Source of the DNA: Laetmonice hystrix
Lineage: Eukaryota
Assembly (NCBI GenBank): GCA_965235115.1
Contig: OZ249439.1
Location: 17,670,001 to 17,734,000 of the forward strand
DNA length: 64,000 nucleotides
Reading direction: 5' to 3'
Made by a program: the position numbers and the translations under genes. Below the pieces are notes generated by a model that did no database searches, was not told the origin of the DNA, and saw nothing but the letters and a program-made list of their open reading frames with translations. Shown here piece by piece: positions 47,091 to 59,118 of the stretch (position 1 is the first letter of the stretch; each line of letters opens with the position of its first letter).

Positions 47091-50000
47091 ACGGATTCTG
47101 ACACAGGGATCAGTTTTATGGAAGACAGATTTTACTGGTCACACCACCAGTCGCAACTTCCGGTGGGAAATATTTCGATATGAAACAGGTTTTGGAAGTC
47201 ATGTCACGACTGGTTTCAATTATCAGAAAAAATAGATCAAGATAATTAGCGAAATTTTGCACAAATCTGTCATGGAGGATTATAATGTTAATGTACTATT
47301 GCATTTTTTCTTTGCATGGCTTACTTTAGGACCTATTAGAAAATGGTAGCAGCAGCGTAACACGTGCAGCTCCCAGTCTGGGACAGGGAAACAGTTAGCA
47401 GTTAGCTGTGAACGGTTAAACATGCTGTGGACATTTTGTAAGTTGGATATGACATCGATACAGGAATGTAACCACAGCCAGGCATGTTGGCACGGTAAGA
47501 CAAGTGTGGAGTCGGAGGTGGGGGTGGGGTTGTGGGGCTCTCAGACAGGAATGTCGGGGTCGACCCCAGGAGATGGTAGACCTCCGGCTCCGTTACGGGT
47601 GTGTACGCTATGGAGGGGTTCATTTAGTGGAGGGGACGGGGAGGGGGACTTTGTGGCCTTTGTCTGCGGGTGGACTGAGCACTGTGCCCCTCCCTCAGGA
47701 GGAATGGCAGGGGGAAATAGAGGTTGATCACTCCACAAGGTTGGTGACAGCACTCCGTCGTATAGCCCGGTGTATCAGGTTCGTATCACTGTAATCGGGA
47801 GGTTGATACGACACTGACATGGGTGGATCCTACCACTTGTCACCAGTCTGTCGCATACAATTGTGGAGAGTTGTATGTAAAAATGGCAGCGTTTCTGCAT
47901 GTATTTCAGTGACAAGTCTTTTTCTCCTTGTGAAATGCACGTAACCAGAGGTGATTAGAACTAGAGTAGACTACTGATAACGCTGCACCATGATAACCAC
48001 TCAGCTATTGCATGTCGACCTGTGTTAAAACAAAGTTATGTGATAAATATATTGGATGTTTCTGTAGAGAACATTAATTGTCTGATGTGACGATAGCTGG
48101 AAGTCTTGTTTCCCAGACCGTTTAACACACGTTACTAAAAGGGGAACAAGAATACCAGATTTCGGGAGGCAGGAGTGTCGGCCTTGTCCCCCACCCGCCA
48201 CCCCACCTGGAAGTTTACGATACACTCGTGTGAATGAGCGTGTTTTTTATACAGTCTCACGTCTCAAGATTTGTTGCCAAGGAGATGAAATACCTATATA
48301 ATACGACAGGGCACTCTACCATTTTGAATCGATCTGTTTTGAATCGGTTTCATTCCATTGTGTTTAGTATATAGAAGTTATGGTTGCCTCAAGGCGTGAT
48401 CCTCACCCCTCCTTGTTCCCAGGGCCTCGGACTGTGACACCCGGTGGAACCACAAACCCACAACTATCTCTGAGATACACCGTCGTTTACGGCCTCCATC
48501 CTCCTGCCTCACAGAAAAATGCTCCCCTATCAGCATCCAATAACACGAAACTTTACATAATGTTTTAAAGATGTTCACGCTTACAAGTGACGTCTGTGCA
48601 AGTATTGAGTTTGAAGCAAAAGAAGGAAAGAAAAACTGGACGCCGACAGAGAGTGAAAGCTAAGCCGAAGACAAACAGACACCAGGGGGCGACACTAAAG
48701 TAAATCCTTCGCGTAACTTGTGGTAAAATAAGGAATTCGGTATTTACTGAGTAAAGATTTCTCCAGTGGACCCATGGATTCGGATCATGCCGTCTGAATG
48801 TCCTACCTGACTCTGTTTATTCACTGATTGAGTTCTTTTAGCAGGAAACAGGCGCACACCTCGTGGGATTGTACTGAAAAAGCTGAGCGTGGAGGAGGCG
48901 GTAGATTATTTGAGGTAGTCGAGCCTCTCTCCCCACATTTATAGCCGCCTCGATAATACTGACGTCCACTGTTTATATACCGCAGTCTGTTTTTGGCTGG
49001 GTACATATTTCATTGGTATTCTACCTACACAGACAAAAGTAATGCCAGTCTAACATGCTGCATGATCAGAGCAGCAAACACCAGTGTATTTTCAGAGTAG
49101 GTGGAGTTATTCCGTGCATTGTGTCCGTAAATCCAGGCCCCAGTTGTGGAAGGGCCCGTCTACATGTTTCCCAACTCCATTAGAAGGAATGGGGGTGAGG
49201 GGCGAGGTGAGGATGGACAAGACAACGATGGCGACCCGTTGTCCTTACTGAGCCCAGCTCTTGTTTCTACAACCGGTCCTGATGGTGTCCATATGGACAG
49301 CCCGCCATGCTGTCTCGCCCCATGGTGGACAGTCGACATGTGGGAAGTCCTGACCAGCACTGAGTAAAACACGATTTGTTGGCAACAACCACGTCCGCAC
49401 AATAATCGCAGTGTAAAGAACATTCGCGGATTTACACTGGATGGTCAGCACTTCGTAGAACCAGACCTTGAATCATAACAGTATGGATCTTCCTCGTGGA
49501 CGCTCGATACTATAATACTGCCATGGTGATCCGTTGTAGGTTGACAGGAAACCGTCGCTGTATACTTGTCTGCTGGGTACATTTTTTTTGTTACCTTATA
49601 ATACACACGGCATGTTAAACATCATATGGTTTAACAAGAATTTGTCAGGCGCCACATGTAGAAGAAATGGAGCCCCCTCCCCCGTGTACGTCCCGTGACA
49701 CCGTGCGGGCACTAAGTTACGCAGGTCTTACCACAGCGGCATACACCCGTGTGAAATCGACCATTGTTTTAATATGTCGCGGGAAAGTACTTTCTGAATT
49801 GGGCATACACTCTGGCACCCCAGGGACCAGACCTCCAAACAGTCGGGGACTAATGTTCCAAATACCCGAAGTCCTCAGCCTGTGTGTTAATGCTAGGCTG
49901 GTGGTAAACAAAAGAAAACTGCACTTGTTGAATCTATCTAAATTAATGAGAACATCATTACCAAAGTAACATTACCGGGCCCTTAGGACAGCATATATGG

Positions 50001-50916
50001 AATTTTGAACTTGTTGAGATGTATTGCCGTAGCAAGTATTTAATATCTGAGTGACCGGAAGAAGGAAGGGCCTCCGTACATTCCACTGATAATTGAACCA
50101 GCAGAGACTGGCCGGGTAACATATAAATAGCTCAGCTAATGAACCCCCGGCCTGGAGATACCCATGTGTTAGTACGTAAGGGATGTTGGGCAGCAGGCGG
50201 TATCAGTAAAAGTTCACAGCAAATCTCACATTCGGGATCTTACACTGGCGATCAGCAGGACACCAAGGATCAAATGCTAGCTCATGCGATGTTTAACAGA
50301 TAGTGGCAAATCCGAGTTTGTATTCAGTACCGACATCATCCCTAGGCAAAGAAGATAAATCCCTGTATATATGTAATTGCCGTAGCCTCTTAGCAAGTGG
50401 GCACCCCCCAACAGGGGGTATAGTTTGAATAGGCGACCTCGCGCAGCATGTAGACATCCAAGCTGTAGGGTTCGCGGTTTAAGACGCTAGAGGGAGTGTT
50501 TGCTGCGTCTCCAGTACGTCAGTGGTGACATCTAGTGTACTGTCAGTCACCTTTCACTCCAGTCTCGGTCACCCGACTCTCTCTCGCTGAGAGTCTGGGA
50601 AAGTTTGTGTCTGGCGTTTGTTCGTCACAAGGTGGCGCAGTAATCACGCCCCGTGCTCCATGTCGTAAGCGATCTCAGAGCGGTGTTTGTTTTGGTCAGT
50701 TTGCCTGAATAAGATTGTTCTATAGTATTATAACTAAGAATAAACAGTGTCGTGAGATGATATTGATGTAACTCTTTATGACCTACGTCATGCTACATCA
50801 TGAATCTTGATGTCCCCCTGGATAGGGGATGGGATAATTAGGAGAATAGAATCCTATATTAGACTTGATGGGATGACCATTTTTACTTATGATGTGATGT
50901 GTTTGGTGTATTACAG

Positions 50917-50998
50917 ATCAGCAGTTTCCTATCGACATTACTTCAGTAGAAAAAGACCATGACTTCCTGGATCAGGACTCCATCCAATCATTGTTCAG
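50917..50998 (+). CDS. DLC1/STARD13: DLC-family RhoGAP, SAM-domain exon 2: (D)QQFPIDITSVEKDHDFLDQDSIQSLF(R)
   Basis: TTACAG acceptor and CAG|GTACGT donor, phases 1 to 2, in frame with both neighbours. Resembles DSQFPINIVAVKNDHDFLEKD of STARD13. Confidence 0.96.
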
Positions 50999-51060
50999 GT
51001 ACGTAACGACTTGTTACGAAACACCATAATTTCAAGACAACCCCCACCTATGTGTAACAT

Positions 51061-52619
51061 AGCGTCCCAGTTTCATCTTTGAACACATCTGAATACTCTT
51101 CAAGCAGATGTTTCAGTTTGTCCTCTGTTGACCTATATGTCCTCGGCCTGTCAACCTGTACAGCTTTAATGGCTGGCCAGTCCAGTTTTATTTTGCTCAA
51201 CCAGTCTCGTCCTAACAACGCTGGTCCCCGGGTGCTAACCGCATGTATACAAATCCAATGTCACTGTTTGGTCCTTGTATTTTACAGGCACCCTACTTGC
51301 CTTTTGGCTTGATCCGATACCCAGTGTATGAACGAAGCAAACCCTCTGTTGGTTGAAGATCCAAATGTTTGTACCGTTTCAAGTATTCTGCCAGTGAAAC
51401 AATGGAAACTGCTGATCCAGTATCCATCTCCATCTTCAGTGTTTTTCCCGCCACCATTGGTTGTACCCAGATTATGTCATCAACTTGGTGTAGATCTCTT
51501 ACAGTCATTCCGATGTTTGCAATAACAGAATCTGCCAAATCAGAATCAGAATCATCTTCACTTTCCTGACTTACACTATGCACTTTACTTGGCAGACACT
51601 TCCTTGCACCCCTTCGGTGACAGTAATTACACATCTCATTCTTAAAACAGCAGGCTTCTGGGTTGTGTCGCCTCCCACACAAGATTCACCTGTCTCCTGA
51701 TTTTCATATCTGTTGTTAGATCGAGCACTAGTGTCCTTCCTTTGCTCAGGCCTCCTACTGAGTTTGTCGACTTCGCGTTGCCCCCTATTTCTCAGTTCGT
51801 TTCCTTGGCAGCCGTTTCCATAGCCACTGCTAACTCAATAGCTCTCTTGACGTTTAGCTCAGTCTCTGATAACAACCGCGTCTGAATGGTTTCACTTTTT
51901 AGGCCACACACCAACCGATCACGCACTGCATCATCCAGATTGTCACCGAAATTACAATGGAGCGACAACTTTTTTAGTTCTGCCACATAGTCACTAATAG
52001 TTTCTCCATCCCATTGATCCCGTTTGTGAAACCGGAATCTTTCTGCAATGATGCTTGGATTTAAATAATCCTGAAGAATACAAACTAAATCCGCGTAACT
52101 TTTCGTGGACGGCTTGGCAGGTGCAGTCAAATTCCGCAAGAGTCCGTACGTTTCATTGCCGATGACGCTGAGTAGCTCTGGGACTTTCTTCTTCTCGCTA
52201 ATGGCATTTATCAACAAATACTGCTCGAGTCTCTCAGAATATGACACCCAGTCCTGTTGACTCTCCTCAAAGAGTTCGATGCTTCCGATATATCCTGCCA
52301 TCTCTCGTTAACGTTAACAAGTTGGGTCCGTGTCACGTGTCAGCGTGTACAGGCGGCGCGGTCCATCAATCAACAACACCACCATTGATCAAACACTTTG
52401 TTCTGGGAACCGGCAAAAGTCTGTTACGCTGGTTCAGCCGAGTTCAATCAATCAAAGTTTTTGCTGCAAGACATCCCATCCACGTCGCCAATATGTTGTA
52501 TATATTCCTAAGAGCAAACCCGGCATCCCCGAAACACAGACGCTCACGATGGCAGTCATTGACTAACTGGCACGTTTTAGTTCCTGAATTATTACGCCAG
52601 ACCACGTTACACGATAACA
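51061..52619 (-). mobile_element. Degenerate Ty3/Gypsy LTR retrotransposon fragment: 5' LTR, PBS, gag, zinc-knuckle remnant, aspartic protease; ends before RT
   Basis: Gag-like ORF 52301-51792 (DWVSYSERLEQY...IAERFRFHKRDQ...RDRLVCGL), CCHC remnants, protease MDTGSAVSIVS, then LLGRDWL...VFKDETGTL. Frameshifts and stops are present; no RT, integrase or 3' LTR seen. Confidence 0.93.
52494..52619 (-). mobile_element. 126-bp 5' LTR of the Gypsy fragment, with adjacent PBS
   Basis: Minus strand begins TGTTATCG and ends TACAACA (TG...CA), followed by TAT-TGGCGACGTGGATG (PBS-like, 52490-52477). Confidence 0.75.
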
Positions 52620-52719
52620 GTACCGCCGCTGAATCCAGGGGGTGTTCGGGGTGTTCGAACGAACCACCCTCTGGACCCATAGTCCCCCCTGAGAGGGGGA
52701 TACGGTCCCCCCTGACAGT

Positions 52720-53537
52720 CAGGCCCGTAGCGATGGGATGTTCGGGGTGTCCCCCCCCCTACGACATTTCACAATTTCTATCTTCCGATGCCAGGAATAG
52801 CATTTTTATGCCTTCTAAATTTAAAAATGTCCTGGTAAGGACCCCCAGAACACCCCCCCCCCCCCAATGTTATTGGTAAGCTAGGTTCAGACTTCTAAAT
52901 GCTTTGAGGAACTTCAAAGATTCTATCTTCAGATGCCAAGAAATCGTGGGGTTTTTTTGCCTTCTGAATTGAAAAAAAAATCGGGGCCTCACTGCACATG
53001 ATTGTTATTGCCCCCCCCCCCCCCCCCCCGAAAATTTCATGGCGCCTTTCCTGCCGATCATGAATTCGGACATTGGTCTTTGAATAGGTTATTTTGTGCT
53101 CTAAAATGCATCAGATTTCACAAAATTACACCCTGAATTTCAACATTTTCCAGTGGGCCAGCCCCCGGACCCCCCCCCCCCCCCCCCCCAGGAAGGATTC
53201 GCGCCTTCGGCGCGCGCAGACTTCGCGCCTTCGGCGCTCGTACAGTCGCGCCTGCGCCCCTAAAAACGTTGGACCACCCCCACTTGAAAATCCGATCCGC
53301 CCCTGCTAGCTATAGCGAAATGCTGTGAGAAACTTCACAATTTATATATCTCCAAATGCCAGAAAATAACGGGGGGATTGCCTTCTAAAATCAAACATTT
53401 TCTGGGGGAGGTCCCCGAGACCCCTGCGCATGTTTGCGTGGTTCACTTTGCCTCCGGCCCCAGACGCCGGGCTTCCTGTCGGTCCCCCTTTGGCCCTCCA
53501 CCGAACCACCCCCTCTGGATAGCTGGCTACGGGCCTG
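52720..53537. mobile_element. 818-bp composite non-autonomous DNA element (MITE-like)
   Basis: Perfect 12-bp TIRs CAGGCCCGTAGC / GCTACGGGCCTG, poly-C tracts, GCGCC-TTC-GGCGC hairpins, and an internal orphan end GATCCGCCCCTG. No TSD found. Confidence 0.55.
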
Positions 53538-55122
53538 AATAATACACCACATTTTTAAAATCAATGTCAGCAGCATGGCCCAAGGTAAATTTTTCAGTTT
53601 GTTTGTAATTAAAAGTGATTTTGGGGTACTTTATGTGGCACCCCCTATTTTACCCACCAAATGCGGAACTTAAGAATCGCCATTCCGAAGGCCCATACTC
53701 ACCCCCAATACATTCCACGCCTCAAACCTTTTGGACTTAAATTGCTAATTAAACCTCTCTGGGCTCCCCGACTACTGTATTGACACCCCTTCGTGAAGCT
53801 ACGTCACTGTTGCCATAGCATGCCGGATTCAATTGCAGAATATCCAGAAGATATCGCCTAAATATAGGGTGCCTATATGAAGTAGCCTACATATTTCCTA
53901 CGCGCACATGTATTGTGGGTAGATTGGCTTAGAATTTCCATTTAAAAAGTTGGCCACTGACCGAAGGTCTTGATAAATACTCCTAATTAATATGTGAATG
54001 GTGGAGATTCCAGCTCTGGAGACGCAGGGTGATTGGGTTCTAAAAATAAGCCGTGACAATGAGAAATCAATATTGTGGAGGGGTATGAGTCATCCTTATA
54101 GAATGAATGCGGTGAAGACTGGTTGTGAGTGAAGGTTGGCCGTTGTCTTCAGTGAACGAGGACTGAGGTTGCTGTATGTTGCGAGGCAGGGGACAGTGCT
54201 GTCATTGTACGAGACCGTCGGTGGAAGGACAGCTTCCGGCAGCCTACCTGCATACCGCCCCCACGGACACCGATGAGCGGACCACACCTGACTATATGTC
54301 AAGTGGCATACTGATGAGGGATCTAATAATCAGGCTAATTAATGAGTAGATCCACGGACTTTCTGGTGCAGCGACAAAGGATTTTCTGTTATGGACTGTC
54401 GAGAGTGGATGCGCAACCAATGCCCATTGTCCTGACAGCGGGCGGCGATGTTTATTGTCTCCCACTGGGCTACTGCTGCTGCTTCCGTCACTGCTGTCGG
54501 AAGTCTTGGTCTTCAGGCCGGAGTATAAAAGCTATGGCTAAGACTGAGAACGTATCAGACAGGCTGGTGTGTGCGAAAGTCCTAACAGACTCTCCCGCGT
54601 GTCAGATTTCAAGCTATATTACACAAGCATACGGCACCCGCAACAGATAGTGAAGAAACGACGATTTGAAGTAATCCGCGGCAATGTTTTTTATTCTCTC
54701 TTCATTGGTCCAGGACATTTACTGAGATCAACTGCAGGGGTCACGAGATCCACTCGCCTTCTCACCAAACGGCACTCGTCCATTTGGAGAGTAAACTTTA
54801 GTGAGCTGCTTAAGTCTATCCGGAAACATAGCAAATTGTGTTGGGACTGCATGGCAGGTATTTGTAGAGACTAGTGCAATTTGAATGGACAGTAGTGCCG
54901 TGGGTGAGTAGGGATGCCAACCCGGTCGAGACCCCTAAAGTACTTGTTTACTTTGTTTGTTTGTGTGTTTTTTTGTTTTATTAGGAAGGATGTTGAAAAT
55001 TGTGTCTGGCGGCAAGAGCTACTGCTGCCGGCATCAGAAACCATACAACGGTGACGGAGGTTGGAGAATGATCATTTCATTTGACGACGTCATAAAATTA
55101 ATATTCTATTATATATTTACAG

Positions 55123-55183
55123 ACGCCTAAACACTTTGAACAAGTGCGCCAACATGAAGATCGAAGCTCCACCTCGGAAATCG
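55123..55183 (+). CDS. DLC1/STARD13: DLC-family RhoGAP, SAM-domain exon 3: RLNTLNKCANMKIEAPPRKS
   Basis: TTTACAG acceptor and TCG|GTAAGT donor, phases 2 to 0. RRLNTLNKCA is the conserved family motif. Confidence 0.97.
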
Positions 55184-55610
55184 GTAAGTCGGACTATTTC
55201 CCGGAGTCCCGGTTGTAACAGTTTGAGGTTACCAGCATTTGTTTGTGTCTAATAGTGTGGGCTATGCCGCTTTATTATGGCTAGTATCTACACACACGTT
55301 AGGAGATGTGAAAGCATAAAATAGTCGGCTCTAGAGTAGCACTTAAATCTAACTTTACATAACCTTTGGCATTTGTATCAGAAATTCAGTATCAGTATTC
55401 ACACTTCTCAAAGGGTGCAGTAAAGATAGACTCTATAAGTTTGAGCATAGTTATTTCTATTAAAGATGTCAACGTATGGTGTTACTAACTCTAGGTCATG
55501 CATAGCCATACGCCTGGTGCATTATGCCTAGCCTTTAGTTGTCGGGTTGACTATATATCGGTAGGACGACATTAGTTGTGTTCGAAACGTAGCGTTTATT
55601 CGGAAATTGT

Positions 55611-56128
55611 GATTGCGCTGTAATAACCCGCGGTATCTGTACCCCGTTTCAGGCCGATGCGCTGTAATAACCCGCGGTATCTGTACCCTGTTTCAGGCCG
55701 ATGCGCTGTAATGACCCGCTGTATCTGTACCCTGTTTCAGGCCGATGCGCTGTAATGACCCGCTGTATCTGTACTCTGTTTCAGGCCGATGCGCTGTAAT
55801 AACCCGCGGTATCTGTACCCTGTTTCAGGCCGATGCGCTGTAATAACCCGCGGTATCTGTACCCTGTTTCAGGCCGATGCGCTGTAATAACCCGCGGTAT
55901 CTGTACCCTGTTTCAGGCTGATGCGCTGTAATAACCCGCGGTATCTGTACCCTGTTTCAGGCCGATGCGCTGTAATAACCCGCGGTATCTGTACCCTGTT
56001 TCAGGCCGATGCGCTGTAATAACCCGCTGTATCTATACCCTGTTTCAGGCCGATGCGCTGTAATAACCCGCTGTATCTGCACCCTGTTTCAGGCCGATGC
56101 GCTGTAATGACCCGCTGTATCTTACCCT
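55611..56128 (+). repeat. 44-bp minisatellite of the duplicated 3' splice site plus first 7 exon bases (left part, 11 acceptor copies)
   Basis: Unit GCCGATGCGCTGTAATAACCCGCGGTATCTGTACCCTGTTTCAG; the AG ends at 55652 and then every 44 bp to 56092. Confidence 0.98.
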
Positions 56129-58763
56129 TAGACTGACTGATTTAACGTTTGAGCCTCTGAAAAACCTTAATCACTCAACAAGTAATATTGAAACAGTTTT
56201 TAATAAAATCAAGAAGTCCGCACTAAAACTTTATAAAGATTTAATCATTGGTGTATGTTATCGTCCACCTTCGGGTGACAGGAAGGAATTTACTATTAAG
56301 ACTATCGAAATCCTAGACTCTATTAATCATGATCGTAATTATATTTATTTAATGGGTGATTTTAATATTAACCTATTTGAAATACATAATTCTGCAGACT
56401 CACTAAATTTTTACAACTCAATCCAGTCCTACCTGATGTTTCCGCAATTTAATCGGCCAACGCGAGTGACTTCGTTTACTGAAACACTTATAGACAATGT
56501 TTTTACAAACAACAATACAAATAAGCATTATAATTTCATTGTTACATCGGATATCTCTGATCATTTTCCGTTAATTACGTCAATACAAATGACTCGGCCC
56601 CAGGATCAGACAAATATGGGGTACTATCGATCATTTTCTCCAAGGAATATGCAATTATTTAAAGATGCTGTTACTACAGAAAAACTACTGCACATTACTG
56701 ATTCTATTTGCGCTCAGGTCGCCTATAGTAAATTACATAGTATATTACATGAAGCATATACTAAAGTTTTCTCTCTAAAACCAAAGAAGAAAATTTATTT
56801 AAATAGACACCCTTGGCTTACCAACGACCTTAAACAAAAAATAAAATGTAAAAATAACCTTTACCAGAAATATAGAAGGCGCCGCACCTCCCAAAATAAA
56901 ACCATATTTGATAATTATAAAAGAATATTAAACAGGGAAAAACGGCATGCTAAGCGACAGTATTATATAAATCAACTGCACCATAATAGGGGTAATTTGC
57001 GAAAATACTGGGCCATTATCAATACTATCTTAGCTAAGGAGACTGCAGCATGTTTTCCTGATCACTTTGATACAGATATAGGTCAAATATCCGATATCGA
57101 TGAAATCACTACTCATTTTAATGACTATTTTGTAAATATTGGTCCAAAACTTGATAGTAAAATTCCAGCGGCTAATAAGCATTATATGGACTACATGAAC
57201 GGGGTCTATAACAATACATTTTTTCTTGAACCAGTCTGTAACCAGGAGATTACAAAAGCGTATGAGACAATTAAAAGTTCTGCTTCAGGGTGGGACTTGT
57301 TTAATAAAAAGGTTATCGATGTAGTACTCGATACAATTCTCCCTTCTATCTGCCATATTATTAACCTATCCTTTGCTACAGGGGTAGTTCCACATGAGCT
57401 TGAGGTAGCTAAAGTTATTCCTCTACATAAAGGAGAAAGCCCATATGCCTTTACTAACTACAGACCAATATCAGTTCTACCGATTCTATCAAAGATTTTG
57501 GAGAAGTTATTTCACAAAAGGCTGTACTCCTTCATGACTACGAATAACATACTTTATAACAAACAGTTTGGTTTTCGACCTAAACACTCAACTGAAGCAG
57601 CTCTAACCGTTTTAAGCAGTCATATTTCTAAGTCTTTTGAGAGAAAAGAAGCTGTATTAGGAGTATTTCTAGATTTTTCTAAAGCTTTCGACACTGTTAA
57701 TTTTGACATTCTTTTAGGTAAATGCGAACATTATGGAATTCGAGGGATGCCACTTTGCTGGATAACAAACTACCTTAAGGACAGATATCAGTATGTCTCA
57801 GTCTCAGGTACCAATTCATCAGACCTACCAATCTCCACCGGAGTACCCCAGGGCTCTATTCTAGGTCCACTTTTGTTCTTGATTTACATTAATGACCTTT
57901 CCGAAGTGTGTGATAAACTTCAGCCGGTGATGTACGCCGATGATGGCAATTTTTTCGTTGCGGGAAATAAGTTAGAAGATTTATTCAACTGGGCAAATGC
58001 TGACCTTGAACGTATAGGCGATTGGCTGATGGCCAACCGCCTCTCTCTAAACGTATCCAAATCGAATTATATGATATTTTCTCATCAACATCAAATTCAT
58101 ACTAATCGAGTCCTTCGTATTCAGAATCAGTCCTTGCAACGAACTAATACTACTAAATTTCTAGGTTATGTTCTCGATGAAAAGTTAAAATGGAATTGCC
58201 ATATAACATATATCTCAAAAAAGGTTTCTAAGAATATTGGTATGCTTTATAAATTAATGAGAGTTGCAGACCACACTACCTTAGTAGAGGCGTATTATTC
58301 TTTTATACATCCATACTTTAGTAATGGCCTATCTATCTGGGGTTGTGCATCGGAGGGTAACTTAAACAAACTATTTTTATTACAAAAGAAAGCAATTCGT
58401 ATTATTGACAATGCTAGGAAATATACCCATACTGGACCACTGTTTGTAAAATATAATATCCTCCCCCTGGAGAGCCTCTATAAATACTCGGTGATTATTC
58501 AAATGTTTAAAGTGTACAAAGCTCAGTTGCCAACAGTCGTTACAGAACTTTTTAAAATACAGGCCATGTTTAATGTGAGAGACACTAGATCTGTAAATAT
58601 ATTTGAAGTACCTTTTACCCATCTGTCTTATATTCAAAGGAACATTCTCATCAAAGGTCCTAACTTATTTAACCATTATTCTAAACATGTTGATACAAGC
58701 TGTTCCCTGTTTACCTTTAAAAGACAACTTAAAAAACCATTGATTCTCGAGCACTATACCTGA
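56097..58763 (+). CDS. LINE ORF2: C-terminal part of an APE endonuclease plus complete reverse transcriptase (888 codons, no stops)
   Basis: EN motifs GVCYRPP, MGDFNINL, RPTRVT, LIDNVF, SDHFP. RT motifs NYRPISVLPILSKILEK, QFGFR, FLDFSKAFDTV, GVPQGSILGP, YADD. The first ATG comes from the host repeat. Confidence 0.96.
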   Translation: MRCNDPLYLTLRLTDLTFEPLKNLNHSTSNIETVFNKIKKSALKLYKDLIIGVCYRPPSGDRKEFTIKTIEILDSINHDRNYIYLMGDFNINLFEIHNSADSLNFYNSIQSYLMFPQFNRPTRVTSFTETLIDNVFTNNNTNKHYNFIVTSDISDHFPLITSIQMTRPQDQTNMGYYRSFSPRNMQLFKDAVTTEKLLHITDSICAQVAYSKLHSILHEAYTKVFSLKPKKKIYLNRHPWLTNDLKQKIKCKNNLYQKYRRRRTSQNKTIFDNYKRILNREKRHAKRQYYINQLHHNRGNLRKYWAIINTILAKETAACFPDHFDTDIGQISDIDEITTHFNDYFVNIGPKLDSKIPAANKHYMDYMNGVYNNTFFLEPVCNQEITKAYETIKSSASGWDLFNKKVIDVVLDTILPSICHIINLSFATGVVPHELEVAKVIPLHKGESPYAFTNYRPISVLPILSKILEKLFHKRLYSFMTTNNILYNKQFGFRPKHSTEAALTVLSSHISKSFERKEAVLGVFLDFSKAFDTVNFDILLGKCEHYGIRGMPLCWITNYLKDRYQYVSVSGTNSSDLPISTGVPQGSILGPLLFLIYINDLSEVCDKLQPVMYADDGNFFVAGNKLEDLFNWANADLERIGDWLMANRLSLNVSKSNYMIFSHQHQIHTNRVLRIQNQSLQRTNTTKFLGYVLDEKLKWNCHITYISKKVSKNIGMLYKLMRVADHTTLVEAYYSFIHPYFSNGLSIWGCASEGNLNKLFLLQKKAIRIIDNARKYTHTGPLFVKYNILPLESLYKYSVIIQMFKVYKAQLPTVVTELFKIQAMFNVRDTRSVNIFEVPFTHLSYIQRNILIKGPNLFNHYSKHVDTSCSLFTFKRQLKKPLILEHYT

Positions 58764-59118
58764 ACATTTATGTACTGGCATTTATTATTATACTATCATA
58801 CCATATCATACTGTATCATGTTAAATAATAATAATGTAGGCTATGTAGGAAATGTGTGGAAGTCCTGTATTTGTCTTTGTATTTGTTGTGTCCTAATTAC
58901 CCTGTTACTGTATATATGTTGAATGTATAATCGTTTTACTATTGTCACACCATCCCTAACCTCTATCTTGTAACATTTTTTAAAATATGCCTTTATCCAA
59001 TGTATATATAGACCCCTGTGACTAAAACAAGCACTTATACTGCTTTATTGTTCAGGAATATGTGATCATTAATTTTCTATGTATAATACTGTGACAATAA
59101 AACTCAAACTCAAACTCA
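56129..59118 (+). mobile_element. 5'-truncated non-LTR retrotransposon, CR1/L2 group (Crack/Daphne/L2-like), young copy
   Basis: Intact ORF2 remainder, AT-rich 3' UTR, AATAAA at 59096, (AAACTC)n tail, probable ACCCT TSD (56124-56128 / 59119-59123). The clade assignment is approximate. Confidence 0.95.

Noticed and set aside
45118-47183. ORFs of up to 656 aa on both strands
   Set aside because: They arise because the 60-bp unit lacks stops in five frames. Overlapping frames are equally open, internal frameshifts are present, and no domain is recognisable.
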